A stretch of 64,000 nt of DNA, taken from the IMG/VR virus record IMGVR_UViG_3300021437_000011, positions 28,247-92,246 of that record. One strand, 5' to 3'. Positions within the stretch are counted from its first letter, which is position 1. Each line of letters begins with the position of its first letter. The position numbers and the translations under genes were made by a program. The stretch comes from a virus. Positions 20,601-30,717 of this stretch are shown here, piece by piece. The notes beneath the pieces were generated by a model. The model was not told where the DNA came from, did no database searches, and saw only the letters and a list, made by a program, of their open reading frames with translations.

Positions 20601-23199
20601 GGCGGCTCATGGCGGCGAAGAGATGTACGCCCTGCGCGGCTTCTATCGGCCTGATCTTGCTGCGGCGAGGAATTTCCCACAGGACAGAGCGACGGCGGGT
20701 CAGTGGGTGGCGGGCCTGACGAAGACGCCAGGGGCTAAGCGCTGGCTTGACCTGATCGGATTTAATGACTGGGCGAACCAGCAAAAGGGCTCAATCTCTC
20801 GCGACGATGTTTTGACTTTCATGCGTATGAATGATGTTCACGTCACTGAACGGCAACTCGGCGAAGGCGGAGAGGAGTACAAGGATATAGTTGAGAAGTT
20901 GAACAGAATAAAAATGGAGAAAGCTCAGTCTCCAACTTCTCAAAGGCGGAATGAACTTGTTTCACAGGAGCAAGACCTCAGGGAAAAGCTCCAGGAAGTT
21001 AGTGATGCGTTCCGTAATGCCTCCATCCCTGGGGGAGTTAACTATAGAGAGATGCTTATCGAAGTCCCTGAACTTAAGCGTCAGGGGTGGACGTCTCCCC
21101 ATTTCGAAGGGCAGGACGTCATCCATCTGCGAGCCGATGACCGCACCATGCCAAATGGAGACTTGGTCCTTTTCCTGCATGAGCTGCAAAGCGACCTTCA
21201 TCAAGCAGGGCGAAAGCACGGTTATAGACAAGACATTGATAAGATCATGTCCGATAAAACCGATGAGTACGAGAAGGCTATGGCGGAATGGGAGGCGCGT
21301 CAATCAGAGTGGAAGCCGCTGGAGCGCAAACTAACCAAGGCTATTGATTTGGTTTCTGGCAAGCTGTACTACGATGGAAGATGGATTGATCTGTCAAATC
21401 AAAGCAGAGAAATAACTAGCACAATAGGTCAACTTGATCCATCTTCAACTGAAGATGTGAAGTGGGTTTTACAACGAGGTGATACTCTTCCAGGCGCATT
21501 TTTGCCATATTATGATGTGGTAAAATCTCTTTTAACTCCAGAAGAGATTTATTCTTATCAGGATTTGGTCAATAAAGAGATACGCCATGAGTCTGACGCC
21601 GAACCGCGCCGACCTGACCGAGACACGGTTCTGGAGGAGGTGGAGCATATGCCTCCGGAGGCTCCTTTTAAGGGAAACTGGTGGTCAGAGCTTGGGATAA
21701 AATATCTCATCCAAAGGGCTGTCGCTGATGGATATGACGCTTTCGCGCTGCCAAGAGCGGACCAGATTGAGCCTCGTGTCCTTGCGGAGCCGGGGTCTTT
21801 GAAGAAATTCTATGACGAAAATCTCCCAAGATTCGTTGAAAAATACGTAAAAAATCTTGGCGGAAAAGTAGAAGACGTACCGTCAAAATATTTGAGTAAC
21901 TTAACAGAATACAAGACAGATAAGGAGTTGGTGGGAGACGTTCTCGATGACCTCAGGCGTAACCCTCGTGACCTGTCTCTATCTGAGGTAAGAGAAATCG
22001 TCTCCGCCATAAGATACTTCAGCGGAAATACTCTTGAAGACACTCTTGGCAGTCTCTCTGAACGGGTAAGGGATCGCATCTTGAAAGATGCTGAAGAGAG
22101 GGGCAAACCAAAAACGAATAAGATCGTTCGCATTACCCAGGAGATGTTTGAAAAGATCCTTGGCAAAGGCCAAGCCATGGCGCTGACCCCAGAGCGCGTG
22201 GCGAAGATGATGGAGACGTCTCTTAACGCTGGGAAGCCAGTTAATGTCTCCACGTCGGCGATAAATCAAGTCCACGAGGCGATTGCGCCAATGCGCCATG
22301 TGGTTCCGGATGACACTGGCGTCCATGTGCTGTCGCGGATTGAGCCGCAAAAAGATGGGACACTTCTCGCGACATTCACAGATCGGGATGGTAAGCCTTT
22401 TCAATTAGTCGCCGACGCCTTCTCGGACCTTTCGAATCTGCGCGGCCTTAGCGCCGAGGACGGAGCCAAGATCGTCATCGCGAACTTCGGGTCCGGCCAG
22501 CGAGCGCATGAGGCTTTCCCAGCCGGCGCCCGTGAGATTGGGGCTGATGACCCCCATATGGGAGTCTTTTTTCACGAGGGGGTTCACTCCCTCTATCGGC
22601 GCGGGCTTATCCCGGCTGACGACTGGTCCAGGCTTGCGCAGCATGCCGCTTCCCTTAATTTGATGGATATGCCTATAGGCCAATATCTTACCAGCATTGG
22701 AGAAAAAATCAATGCTGGCGCTGACGTTCCGCTGAGAGTCATCTATGAGAACGCCTACAGGGATCTGTCAGCCAACGAGGCGTGCGGACTCATTGAGGAA
22801 GAAGAGCCAGTCGCCCATATGATGGAGCTTTTCCATCATGGCCATTTCGCGGGCAGTGAGATGCGGCCGATCGCTGACCTTCTTCACAAATTCATGAGCG
22901 GAGGGTACGCCAAGCCGTCAGTCAAGGCGGAGTCGGGGCAATCCCTTGAGGACATCCAAGGCGAGCTGGAGAAGGGGATAAAGGGCCTTTACGCCAGCGA
23001 ATTTCCAAAGAAAGACGTCGAGGATTGGGGAACCCATGGCTGGTGGGCGCTCGGCGAGGGGAAGAATACGTATGGCGATCAAGATGTATTAAACCGGGTT
23101 AAGGAGAGATTCCCCGACCTTGTTGATAAGTATGGAAAGGCTTATAAATCCAGACGAGAAGCTCGCATAAAGGGAATTCTCGGAGAAGTTGCTGAATGA
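17593..23199 (+). CDS. Large polyvalent/ejected protein (1868 aa) with GNAT-like, ART-PolyVal-like, ELQSD-type and HExxH peptidase-like segments
   Basis: VHAT..F.RF......G.GVYMT ... GYDSVIV (ADP-ribosyltransferase-like); NYRE.L...SPHF...HELQSDLHQ; FFHEGVH. Confidence 0.7.
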   Translation: MEPMYNGAPLSSQFGEFDPNNADIVNALNGSQPMFSGQNPQTQALMSAISGQLPQPGRDTGGWSTLDAMSGYGDTEPTQAPLARRPWGMLTPEQGRVEVAGALPGYARTAVAREVEAKEARARPAEAPALSYMGMPLISAQEAKDAAERELAAAQAKKAHAEAQLAGEAALPTTTPLRNAAENAFQAAGASYAAVPKFAGYIGGWLANEAGSEVPPTDNAVFHLGDAADKWSKAAFPGDPERADEFGTKAAHLTGFLATLYGAGGVKAMTEGGPELAAKIGTAVTKGSQAALAVGTGGMGQFEAATAAMEAGEGRHPMPGVTITPQGLPVSERDRALATLLGAGVGLTSLIPMASATATAGEREIGAVMAKALEGSGVNAGQMAAFNVLNNAIAREIYDPERSLAQGMNEDVALGALAGGVAHGLAAATGPKRLSTPEEIQAFIDAARRHDTDPAKAAYWQNMRRWADDTLLLPAPNAGAPGAAPPTPIPAPVAPNAPNVAPAEEAPREVETSAAPEPVKLGEAGPYALRDATNWREEAHGDRPPAGRGESAQNIGASEEVGPPRDRAVLPSEGGKALGPRPVVGTETFGYRDKDGSPVVGAINNEKPATDYRGRLVFRAYPEGTTIQRNESPARKLGEPLAKVTLNQHPDGSWEVGMMETHPDQGGRHLTGNMLNAIEDRLGQKLKAPGTFWPDGYRLWSKRDPEAVQHHQEVDGEHLSPATIKRRIDKNQEDMTAADPIRDWEYISDLQKENKRLTAAFERVPEHARTPEALAGQFALRGVHATEADFDRFDPEKSGSRFNLNFWGNGVYMTPLEHAQELGKAGEAGTYYGEAAPGPGAKHYLLSLDAKKPFVIDHALDELGDVHSAKADWGSLKPHGWEHEMPPVMAWRDPKALESARAAIPDAARRDAREAEQARDAAIDQMWALDPRHGTPPEDIAEAKQKVDDLSQKAFEARRKAHPPAVLAEKFTQALKSAGYDSVIVKQNGKPYEMLAVEPGTVTAAHGGEEMYALRGFYRPDLAAARNFPQDRATAGQWVAGLTKTPGAKRWLDLIGFNDWANQQKGSISRDDVLTFMRMNDVHVTERQLGEGGEEYKDIVEKLNRIKMEKAQSPTSQRRNELVSQEQDLREKLQEVSDAFRNASIPGGVNYREMLIEVPELKRQGWTSPHFEGQDVIHLRADDRTMPNGDLVLFLHELQSDLHQAGRKHGYRQDIDKIMSDKTDEYEKAMAEWEARQSEWKPLERKLTKAIDLVSGKLYYDGRWIDLSNQSREITSTIGQLDPSSTEDVKWVLQRGDTLPGAFLPYYDVVKSLLTPEEIYSYQDLVNKEIRHESDAEPRRPDRDTVLEEVEHMPPEAPFKGNWWSELGIKYLIQRAVADGYDAFALPRADQIEPRVLAEPGSLKKFYDENLPRFVEKYVKNLGGKVEDVPSKYLSNLTEYKTDKELVGDVLDDLRRNPRDLSLSEVREIVSAIRYFSGNTLEDTLGSLSERVRDRILKDAEERGKPKTNKIVRITQEMFEKILGKGQAMALTPERVAKMMETSLNAGKPVNVSTSAINQVHEAIAPMRHVVPDDTGVHVLSRIEPQKDGTLLATFTDRDGKPFQLVADAFSDLSNLRGLSAEDGAKIVIANFGSGQRAHEAFPAGAREIGADDPHMGVFFHEGVHSLYRRGLIPADDWSRLAQHAASLNLMDMPIGQYLTSIGEKINAGADVPLRVIYENAYRDLSANEACGLIEEEEPVAHMMELFHHGHFAGSEMRPIADLLHKFMSGGYAKPSVKAESGQSLEDIQGELEKGIKGLYASEFPKKDVEDWGTHGWWALGEGKNTYGDQDVLNRVKERFPDLVDKYGKAYKSRREARIKGILGEVAE

Positions 23200-23624
23200 C
23201 AAAGATTATTGTTGGTAATGATTTGGTTGTTGCTAATTGGGCTTTTGAGATAACAAACTCAAAACCAATGTTGTATAACATGGCTGTCGGAATTGCTGAT
23301 GATGATGATAATATCTGCGGAGCTTTCATGTTCACGGGGTACAATGGATCGGATATGGAAGTGCATTACTATGGGCCAGGGACGCTAAAAAGAAGGATAT
23401 TGAAAGAAATCTTTATTTTTGCATTGAAAGTGTTTAATGTTAACCGACTAACAGTCAGGACCCGAAAAGAATCCATGTCTCGCGGCGTCAAAAAGCTGGG
23501 AGCCGTTTATGAGGGAACTATGCGGAGGGTCTACGGGCCGACCGATGGCGACAGCGACAAAGCTGAACAATGGGCGTTTTTTCGAGAGCGCATGGCGCAG
23601 ATCGCCGGTTTAGAGAGGATGTGA
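23196..23624 (+). CDS. GNAT-fold acetyltransferase (virion module)
   Basis: IF.FA...FNV.RLT...KKLGAVYEG.MR pattern. Confidence 0.75.
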   Translation: MTKIIVGNDLVVANWAFEITNSKPMLYNMAVGIADDDDNICGAFMFTGYNGSDMEVHYYGPGTLKRRILKEIFIFALKVFNVNRLTVRTRKESMSRGVKKLGAVYEGTMRRVYGPTDGDSDKAEQWAFFRERMAQIAGLERM

Positions 23625-23628
23625 GCAC

Positions 23629-24309
23629 ATGTGCGGCTCGTCGCCAAACACAGCAGGATCAGACTTGCGCTGGTCGCCAGCCGGGCAGCCCCAGGGCGTC
23701 GGGTTTAGCGCTCGCCAGCCCGTGACGAACATGCCCACGGTTTCTCTTCCTGGAGGGACTCCGCCTCCCGTTCCTCCAGGGTCGCTTCCTTCGGCTCCCC
23801 CTGGCGCATTTCCGGGCGCGCCATCTGGCGCTCCGCCTTCCGGAACCCCTCCGTCGCCAACGCCAATGCCAGGAGGAGGCACATTTCCAGCTCAAGGCGC
23901 GCCGACGCCCACAGACATAGCTGCTGGCGGCTATCAGGGCGGGGGCCTGTCGCAATGGCGCAGAATGGATGTTCCGGCAGGCGCTACCTTTAGGACAAGC
24001 CCGCCGCCAAGCGGAGCGGCCGGAGTGATGCCGTATTCGGCTTCCCCGATGGGCGCTCCCGCTCCCGCGCCTGCTCCTGCTCCAGCGCCAACAGGAGGCA
24101 GCGCGCCGACTCCAGCGCCGACGTCTTCATGGATGACTCCCGATATGGCCGCGAGATTTCGCGCCTGGAACCAGGAAGCGCCTCCAGCTACGTGGTCGCC
24201 GCCAAATCCCAGCTTTGGCCAATCGCCTTACGGCCAAGCTCCTGGCGGCCAAGCTCCTGGCGGCGGATATTCTCCCTATATCCAAGCTATAAGAGGCGGG
24301 GGGTACTAA
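23629..24309 (+). CDS. Pro/Gly-rich protein with MCGS N-terminus
   Basis: Low-complexity ORF with RBS GAGGA, in operon orientation. Confidence 0.55.
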   Translation: MCGSSPNTAGSDLRWSPAGQPQGVGFSARQPVTNMPTVSLPGGTPPPVPPGSLPSAPPGAFPGAPSGAPPSGTPPSPTPMPGGGTFPAQGAPTPTDIAAGGYQGGGLSQWRRMDVPAGATFRTSPPPSGAAGVMPYSASPMGAPAPAPAPAPAPTGGSAPTPAPTSSWMTPDMAARFRAWNQEAPPATWSPPNPSFGQSPYGQAPGGQAPGGGYSPYIQAIRGGGY

Positions 24310-24312
24310 CCC

Positions 24313-25305
24313 ATGTGTGGCTCGACCAGCGCTCCAACACCCACTGATCCCAAGCAGACGGCGCAGATTCAGCAGGGATACAATATCGCGACTGGCAACG
24401 CGACGCAGGCGGCCAACGCGATCAATCAGTCAACTCCGTTTGGCTCCCTGCAATATACGCCGGTCACGGGAGCCGACGGGATAACCCGTTACACCGCGAC
24501 ACAGACGCTTGACCCGAAGAATCAAGCGCTTTTGGACAGCCTCTACGGGACAAAAAATGTCGCTGGCCAAGGGGCGACGAATGTCCTCCAGGGAGCCTAC
24601 ACGGGCGCGCCGAATATCCTTGGAACGGCCAACAGCGCGACGAATCAGATGATGGCGGGGGAGATGGGCTATTTGCAGCCTTTCTTCAGCCAGCAGACAA
24701 ACGCGCTTGACAACCAGCTCCGCAACCAGGGGCTTATGCCGGGGACGCCGGCCTACGACAATGCGATGAACTCAATGCGGCAGAGCCAGGGGCAGACGGT
24801 TTCTGGAGCGATTGCGCAATTCCAACCGCAGGCGTTCCAGGAGGCGATAGCGGCGTACAACCTGCCAGCCGACACCGCCGCCAAGCTCGCGGGGCTCGGC
24901 GCGCCCATGGGGCTGAGTTTGACGAATACGCCAACGACGAACTACCAGCCGGCCAATTACACGGGCGCCGTAGCATCTGCGGATCAAATGGCGCAGCAAA
25001 CCTATCAGGCGCAGATGGCGCAGCAGTCGGCCATGATTCAGGGCTTGGCGGGGATGGCAGGCAGCATTGGCGGCGCAATGCTGATGTCCGACAGGCGCGC
25101 CAAGACCGATATTGAGCCCGTTGGCGAACTGTTCGACGGAACGCCCATCTATCGCTTCCGCTATAAAACTGGCGGCCCAGTCCAAATCGGCGTCATGGCG
25201 CAGGATATCGAGAAAACCAATCCAGGAGCGGTCTTCGAGGTCAGTGGCGTCAAATTCGTTGACTATAGCAAGGCGACCGAGGCCGCCGCGCGGATCGCGG
25301 CGTAG
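24313..25305 (+). CDS. DNA pilot/ejection protein with C-terminal S74-type chaperone/autocleavage domain
   Basis: MCGS..AP.P.DP, NQ.TPFGSL.Y, L.NQGL.PG..AY; SDRRAKTDI...IY.FRYK...GVMAQDIE. Confidence 0.8.
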   Translation: MCGSTSAPTPTDPKQTAQIQQGYNIATGNATQAANAINQSTPFGSLQYTPVTGADGITRYTATQTLDPKNQALLDSLYGTKNVAGQGATNVLQGAYTGAPNILGTANSATNQMMAGEMGYLQPFFSQQTNALDNQLRNQGLMPGTPAYDNAMNSMRQSQGQTVSGAIAQFQPQAFQEAIAAYNLPADTAAKLAGLGAPMGLSLTNTPTTNYQPANYTGAVASADQMAQQTYQAQMAQQSAMIQGLAGMAGSIGGAMLMSDRRAKTDIEPVGELFDGTPIYRFRYKTGGPVQIGVMAQDIEKTNPGAVFEVSGVKFVDYSKATEAAARIAA

Positions 25306-25313
25306 GGGGAGCC

Positions 25314-27842
25314 ATGGCTGACTTTGATCTGAGCAATCTCTTGCCGACTCCCATAACGTCGGCCACGCCAGAGCAGATCCAGAGCATGCGCGAGTACGCC
25401 ACGGCCATGATGAAGGGGCAGCCCCATCAGGGTCCGTACACCTGGGCGAATGCGCTTGACACGATATCGAGCAAACTGCTCGGCGCGGCAATGTGGCGCC
25501 GAGCTGGAGAGTTACAAAAGGGCGGCCTGGAAGAGGGCGCGAAGTCAATCCCGACGTTTGACGCCAGCTCGTCGGCAGGCGCGGGAACAGCCCCCACGCC
25601 AACAGCCCCTGCGGCCTCTGCCCCTCCCGCTACGGCTCCAAGCGCCGACCAAACGGCGGCAACGCCAGAAGGAGGAGTAGCGTCTTCAGCGCGCGCGCCT
25701 ACGCCTATGGAGGCGAATGACACCCTTGGTTTTATCAAGAAGTGGGAGGGGTTTGACTCTACCGCCAAGTGGGATTATAAGCAATACAGCGGCGGATATG
25801 GAAGCCGCGCAGAGAAAGGCCAAACATTTACGCCGGAAACCGCTCACGCCGCGCTTGTCGATTCTGTCCAGCCGATCTCAAAATTTATTGGCGAGAATGT
25901 CAAAGTTCCTCTCTCTCCAGGTCAGCGGACGGCGCTTACCAGCTTTGCATACAATGTTGGGACTGGGGATGGCGGCCTAAGCGATTTGATCCCCGATATC
26001 AATAAGGGAGATTGGCCTTCCGTCGCAGCAAAAATGCAGCATTACAATCATGCTGGCGGAAAAGTTAAGGTAGATCTCACGCGTCGGCGCGCTGATGAAG
26101 CGCGAATGATTGCGTTTGGAGCTCCTCCCGCCGCGCCATCCCCCCAAGCGATCGGCCCCATTGTCAACGCCCTTGCCGGGCCTTCTGGCGCCACCACTAC
26201 CTTTCCCATGGCCCCAGGAGCCCCAGGGGCTCCTGGGGGGCTGACCGGGCCAACTGGCGCATCAATAACTCTCCCGGCGAATTCTTTGGCTCAGGGAGCG
26301 GCTCCTGGAGGCAATGCCCCGCAATCAATTGGCGGAATGATAAAATATATGGGCGGCGTCCCAAGCCCCGCCCTCTCGCCGACAGGGGCTCTGGCGCCGC
26401 AGCAGGCGGCTGTCAATGCAATCGCAGGGGGCGGGGGGCCTGCTCTAGCCGGAGGACCGGGGCAGACGGCGATGACGAGCGCGATTGCGGGGGGCTCCCC
26501 CCGCGCTGCGACGCCGCAAGCCACTCCAGATTTCATGCCTCCGACGCCCGGACTCCCCCCGCTCCCAACGCCAGCGGAAATCCAGGCCGGGCTCCGCAGT
26601 AATATTCCGCAATACGTAGAGATAGCGAAGGCTAACCAGGAATATCGACTAAAGGCGTTGGCTCCAACGCAATACGTCGATCCACGGGATGGAACAGTAT
26701 GGTTTGGGAACCAATACACTGGATTCCATAGGTCTCCCATGAGAGGTCTCCCGCAAACCCAAATGCTCCCAATAGAAGCTGGAGGAGTGAAAATCCAACA
26801 GCCTTATACTTGGGGAACAGGGGCTCAAGGGCAACCTGTTCTGAACCCCGTCCAGACAATGACGCATCCTGCTATGCCCGGAGCTGCGCCAAGCGCGCCC
26901 GGAGCCACTGATGAGTTCCCCACGGGCGGAAGCGTCGGGGAAATGGTGGAATGGGCTAACCGCCAAAAGACCCGACTTGCCGAGCAGGAAGGCTACGCTA
27001 GGAAGACTGGAGAGACCTACGCCACAAAGCAAGGGATTATCGAGAAGCGGGCGGCTGACGCCCAGGACGAGCTTCCCCAGCTCCAGACGCTACAGAAAGT
27101 GATTCATGATCCTGCCTTCTATTCTGGATGGAAGGCGGGAAACGTGGAGGCGATGAGCTCTGCCCTCCGGATGGTTGGTTACTCAGGAGACACCGCCAGC
27201 CTCATGCAGTATGCGAAGAAACTTGGGTCGGCCGCCAGCTTGGAAAACATTCGAGAAATGGGCGAGTCCGGGGCGGTCCGTATCCCAGAAATGCATATGA
27301 TCGAAAAATCAAATTTCGATATCGAAAACACTCCTGCGGCTAACGCCGCCATTGTTGATATCCGGATGAGGATTGCCCAGCGGCAGCTCGAAACAGCGAA
27401 TCTCGCCAATCAATACGCCAATAAACATGGCGGCGTTCTTGATCGTGGCTTCGATCAGATCAAGCGTGATTACTACGAAGCTAACCCACTGTTTTCGAAA
27501 GCTGAAATTGATAGATACGACCACATCCTAACGAATAGAAAGCCCCCAGAGGGCGGCCAAGCGGCTGTGGCGAACGCCAACGCCGCGAACGTTCCTCCCG
27601 CTGCCATAGCCCAGCTTGGGGCCAATCCCACTCCTGAGCGCATGTCAGAATTTGAAAGACATTTCGGTCTTCATCCTGGGACGGCAATGGAGATGTTGAA
27701 GCGTCTTCCTGCCCGCCCGGCGCCGCCGCAGGCTCCCCTCCCAGGACCTGCGGGTCCTGTTCAGGTCATTCCCAAACCCGCAGGCCCTGCCGCTCCTCAG
27801 GCCCCAGCTTCTCCGCCCCTTGACCTGATGGGAAGCCCCTAA
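25314..27842 (+). CDS. Internal virion/ejection protein with GH24-like lysozyme domain
   Basis: FIKKWEGF...GYG...ALTSFAYNVG...LTRRRADEA. Confidence 0.8.
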   Translation: MADFDLSNLLPTPITSATPEQIQSMREYATAMMKGQPHQGPYTWANALDTISSKLLGAAMWRRAGELQKGGLEEGAKSIPTFDASSSAGAGTAPTPTAPAASAPPATAPSADQTAATPEGGVASSARAPTPMEANDTLGFIKKWEGFDSTAKWDYKQYSGGYGSRAEKGQTFTPETAHAALVDSVQPISKFIGENVKVPLSPGQRTALTSFAYNVGTGDGGLSDLIPDINKGDWPSVAAKMQHYNHAGGKVKVDLTRRRADEARMIAFGAPPAAPSPQAIGPIVNALAGPSGATTTFPMAPGAPGAPGGLTGPTGASITLPANSLAQGAAPGGNAPQSIGGMIKYMGGVPSPALSPTGALAPQQAAVNAIAGGGGPALAGGPGQTAMTSAIAGGSPRAATPQATPDFMPPTPGLPPLPTPAEIQAGLRSNIPQYVEIAKANQEYRLKALAPTQYVDPRDGTVWFGNQYTGFHRSPMRGLPQTQMLPIEAGGVKIQQPYTWGTGAQGQPVLNPVQTMTHPAMPGAAPSAPGATDEFPTGGSVGEMVEWANRQKTRLAEQEGYARKTGETYATKQGIIEKRAADAQDELPQLQTLQKVIHDPAFYSGWKAGNVEAMSSALRMVGYSGDTASLMQYAKKLGSAASLENIREMGESGAVRIPEMHMIEKSNFDIENTPAANAAIVDIRMRIAQRQLETANLANQYANKHGGVLDRGFDQIKRDYYEANPLFSKAEIDRYDHILTNRKPPEGGQAAVANANAANVPPAAIAQLGANPTPERMSEFERHFGLHPGTAMEMLKRLPARPAPPQAPLPGPAGPVQVIPKPAGPAAPQAPASPPLDLMGSP

Positions 27843-29938
27843 TGGCGGGAGAGCAAGCACAATTCGGCGCTCCCGCTGCTCCGGGAGCCACTGCTTTCTC
27901 TGAATGGGCGAAGGCTGGCGGGAAAGCTCCCGCCAGCGAATGGGACAAGTTTGGCCCCGCCGTCGCTCAGGCGCCCGCCAGCGAATGGGACCAATTTGGC
28001 CCCGCCGTCTCCCCAGAGACGGGAAAACCAAAAACATGGGGCGAATACGCCAAGGGCGTTGGCAGGTCGGCGGAGCAAGGGCTAACCTTTGGCTTCGGCG
28101 ATGAGATTAACGCCAATGCCCGCCACTACATCACCGGCGAGGACTACGACCAGGCGCTGGCTGATGAGCGGAGCAAACTCGCTCAGTTCAGAATATCGAA
28201 CCCTTATTCAGCATACGGGGCCGAGATCGGCGCGGGCATGGTCCTCCCCATGGGGGCGGCCGGAGGCGCAATGCGCGCCGGCGCAACTCTTGGGACTGCG
28301 GCCAAGGCTGGCGCCCTCACCGGAATGGGCCAAGGCGCTGCGTATGGCTTTGGCGCTGCTGAGGGGGGCGTTTTGCCCCGCGTCGCCGGTGCGGTTGAGG
28401 GCGGCGCGATTGGAGGCGCGGTAGGCGCGGCGGCTCCTGTCGTCGGCGCGGCTATTGGCGCTGGGGCGGGGGCTCTCGGCCGCGCTGCTGGGACGATTCT
28501 TAGCCCGACCGCCACCGCGGAGCGCTCTGCGGCCGAAGATATAGCCCATATGATCCAGCAAAGCGGCCTCGACCCGGCTGAGATAGCTGCGAATATGCGT
28601 CAGGGGCGTACTGGCTCGGCTGTTCCATTCAATGTGATTGACGCAGCGACCCAAACCGCTCGTGAAGCTGGTCGGCCTGGCGCTGACGTCGGACTTATCA
28701 ATGCGGCGCGAAACGCCGCAGGGACTGGCGGCCCTGCAGAGGCGATGGCCAGAGAGGCCCTCGAAACGCGCTTAGTAGACCAGCCCGCGCGTCTGCAGGA
28801 TCTTTTCTCTCGCGTAACAGGAGGACGCGATCTCGAAAGCGAGATGACGCGGCTTGATGCGGAAATCAATCAGAATGCTGGGACACGGTATCAGCAAGCA
28901 TACGCGAACGCGCGCGATTTCGACATTACGGCGGAAATGGGGCAATTTCTCGCGGGCAATGGCGAGATTCTCAAGACAAACTCCGGTCTTGGCGCTTCCG
29001 CACGCCAAGCCATCAGAATGTTTCTGGAGCGGCCAGACGCCATGGGCCGGGTTCGGCCCATCAGGACCGTCCCTGAATACATGGCCGTAAGGCGGTCTCT
29101 AGACGACATGATAGCCAAATCCATGGGCGCCAACGGCAGAGCCACTCCAGAGACACGGCTGCTGATGGACCTGCGTTCATCGATGAACGCGCCGAATGGC
29201 CCCGTAATGTCGGCTAATCCGCAGCTTGCGGCGGCGGACGCCATCTTTTCTGGCGCCAGGAGCGCTCAGGATGTGATGGCCCTTGGCGCTGGCGCGGTGA
29301 TGAAGGCTGGAGAGGAGCAACGCAGAGCTCTGACCCAGTTCGGCAGAATGACGCCTCCGCAGCAAGAGGCGTATCGCATTGGCGTCATGCAGAAGTTTGA
29401 CGACATGGTCACCTCGCAACGGTATCAGTCAACCATGCCAGCGAAGCAGTTTAACACCGAAGCGACTGAGAATTTTATTCGACGCGTATTCCCCCAAAAC
29501 CAAGCAGATAGGCTTTGGGGGGAAATCCAGCGCGAAAATATTGGAACGCGGACATTTGAAGGCGTTTTTAGCGGATCGCGTACAGCTCCAATGTTGTACC
29601 AGACCGAATACCGGGAATTGGCCCCAAGGATCGCTGGCAAGCTCGCATCCCTTGATATCCCCGGAACGATAAAAGCTATTGGAGACCTCGCCACCAAAAA
29701 TTACGGCGCGCAGAGGTCGCAAGAGCTGGTGCGCCAGCTTACCAGCATTGATCCCGCCGTCGCTCGCAATGCAGCCCGGACCATCGCGCAGATACCAGCC
29801 CGGACAGCAGCGGAAGAGGCAACTCGCCGTCGCGTTCGCTCCGCCCTGATCGGCGCCGCCCCAAAGATCGCAACGGAACAGCCTGCGTCCAGCAATGATC
29901 GCCAATACCAGATTAACGCCTTGAGGGGGCTAAGGTAA
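27842..29938 (+). CDS. Ejection (DNA transfer) protein
   Basis: QGLTFGFGDEI, G..YGFG..EGG; Gly/Ala-rich hydrophobic region. Confidence 0.7.
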   Translation: MAGEQAQFGAPAAPGATAFSEWAKAGGKAPASEWDKFGPAVAQAPASEWDQFGPAVSPETGKPKTWGEYAKGVGRSAEQGLTFGFGDEINANARHYITGEDYDQALADERSKLAQFRISNPYSAYGAEIGAGMVLPMGAAGGAMRAGATLGTAAKAGALTGMGQGAAYGFGAAEGGVLPRVAGAVEGGAIGGAVGAAAPVVGAAIGAGAGALGRAAGTILSPTATAERSAAEDIAHMIQQSGLDPAEIAANMRQGRTGSAVPFNVIDAATQTAREAGRPGADVGLINAARNAAGTGGPAEAMAREALETRLVDQPARLQDLFSRVTGGRDLESEMTRLDAEINQNAGTRYQQAYANARDFDITAEMGQFLAGNGEILKTNSGLGASARQAIRMFLERPDAMGRVRPIRTVPEYMAVRRSLDDMIAKSMGANGRATPETRLLMDLRSSMNAPNGPVMSANPQLAAADAIFSGARSAQDVMALGAGAVMKAGEEQRRALTQFGRMTPPQQEAYRIGVMQKFDDMVTSQRYQSTMPAKQFNTEATENFIRRVFPQNQADRLWGEIQRENIGTRTFEGVFSGSRTAPMLYQTEYRELAPRIAGKLASLDIPGTIKAIGDLATKNYGAQRSQELVRQLTSIDPAVARNAARTIAQIPARTAAEEATRRRVRSALIGAAPKIATEQPASSNDRQYQINALRGLR
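27927..28007 (+). repeat. Intragenic tandem duplication (APASEWDKFGPAV / APASEWDQFGPAV)
   Basis: Two near-identical units about 45 nt apart. Confidence 0.7.
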
Positions 29939-30714
29939 TGCCACGCAATTCCACAGGGGCTTACAGTCTGCCGATTGGGGCGTTTTCGCCTGGGGGCCTG
30001 ATCAAGGCGACGGATCATAATAGCAATTACAGCGACATCGCCACGGCGCTCACTCAATCCCTGGCGACGACTGGCGTTTCTCTAATGACTGGGCCATTCA
30101 AGGCCGCATCGGGCGTCGTTACCGCGCCATCGATCACATTCAGCTCGTCTCCAACCACAGGATTTTACCTCGCGGGGGCCAATCAGATCGGCTGGGCGGC
30201 CTCGGGGGTGCAGGCTGGCTGGTTCAATTCGGATGGGACCGTTGGTTTCGCTGGGAACGTCACTTTTAGCTCAAACGTCATCGTCACTGGAAGCATAACG
30301 ACCGGAGGCGCGACCGTGACGGCGTTTGCGTCTGGAACGAGGACCTTCTTCGCCCAAGCGGCGGCTCCGGCTACGTGGACGCAAATTGTCGCCTACAACG
30401 ATTACGCCCTGCGGCTCATATCCGGAGCAGGAGGGGGGACGCACGGCACGAAAGGGTTCTCATCGATTTTCAACGTATCGATCACAAACCTAGCGTCTCA
30501 CAATCACACCCTTACCGATCCCGGTCATACCCACACTTACGACCATGGCAATATCGGGACAAGCGGCGGTTCGGGCGGCACTGATTGGTATAGCGTCTAT
30601 ACGGCGTCCACAGGGGCGACGGCGACGGGAATATCTCTCGCGGCCGCTGGCGGTGGAGCGTGGATATCATTCGACGTGCTTTATCTGGATATCATCCTTT
30701 GCCAGAAGAATTGA
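29938..30714 (+). CDS. Tail fibre / tail-associated protein
   Basis: MPRN..G.YSLP N-terminus, DIA.ALTQSL, SHNHTLTDPGHTH repeats. Confidence 0.8.
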   Translation: MPRNSTGAYSLPIGAFSPGGLIKATDHNSNYSDIATALTQSLATTGVSLMTGPFKAASGVVTAPSITFSSSPTTGFYLAGANQIGWAASGVQAGWFNSDGTVGFAGNVTFSSNVIVTGSITTGGATVTAFASGTRTFFAQAAAPATWTQIVAYNDYALRLISGAGGGTHGTKGFSSIFNVSITNLASHNHTLTDPGHTHTYDHGNIGTSGGSGGTDWYSVYTASTGATATGISLAAAGGGAWISFDVLYLDIILCQKN

Positions 30715-30717
30715 TCA

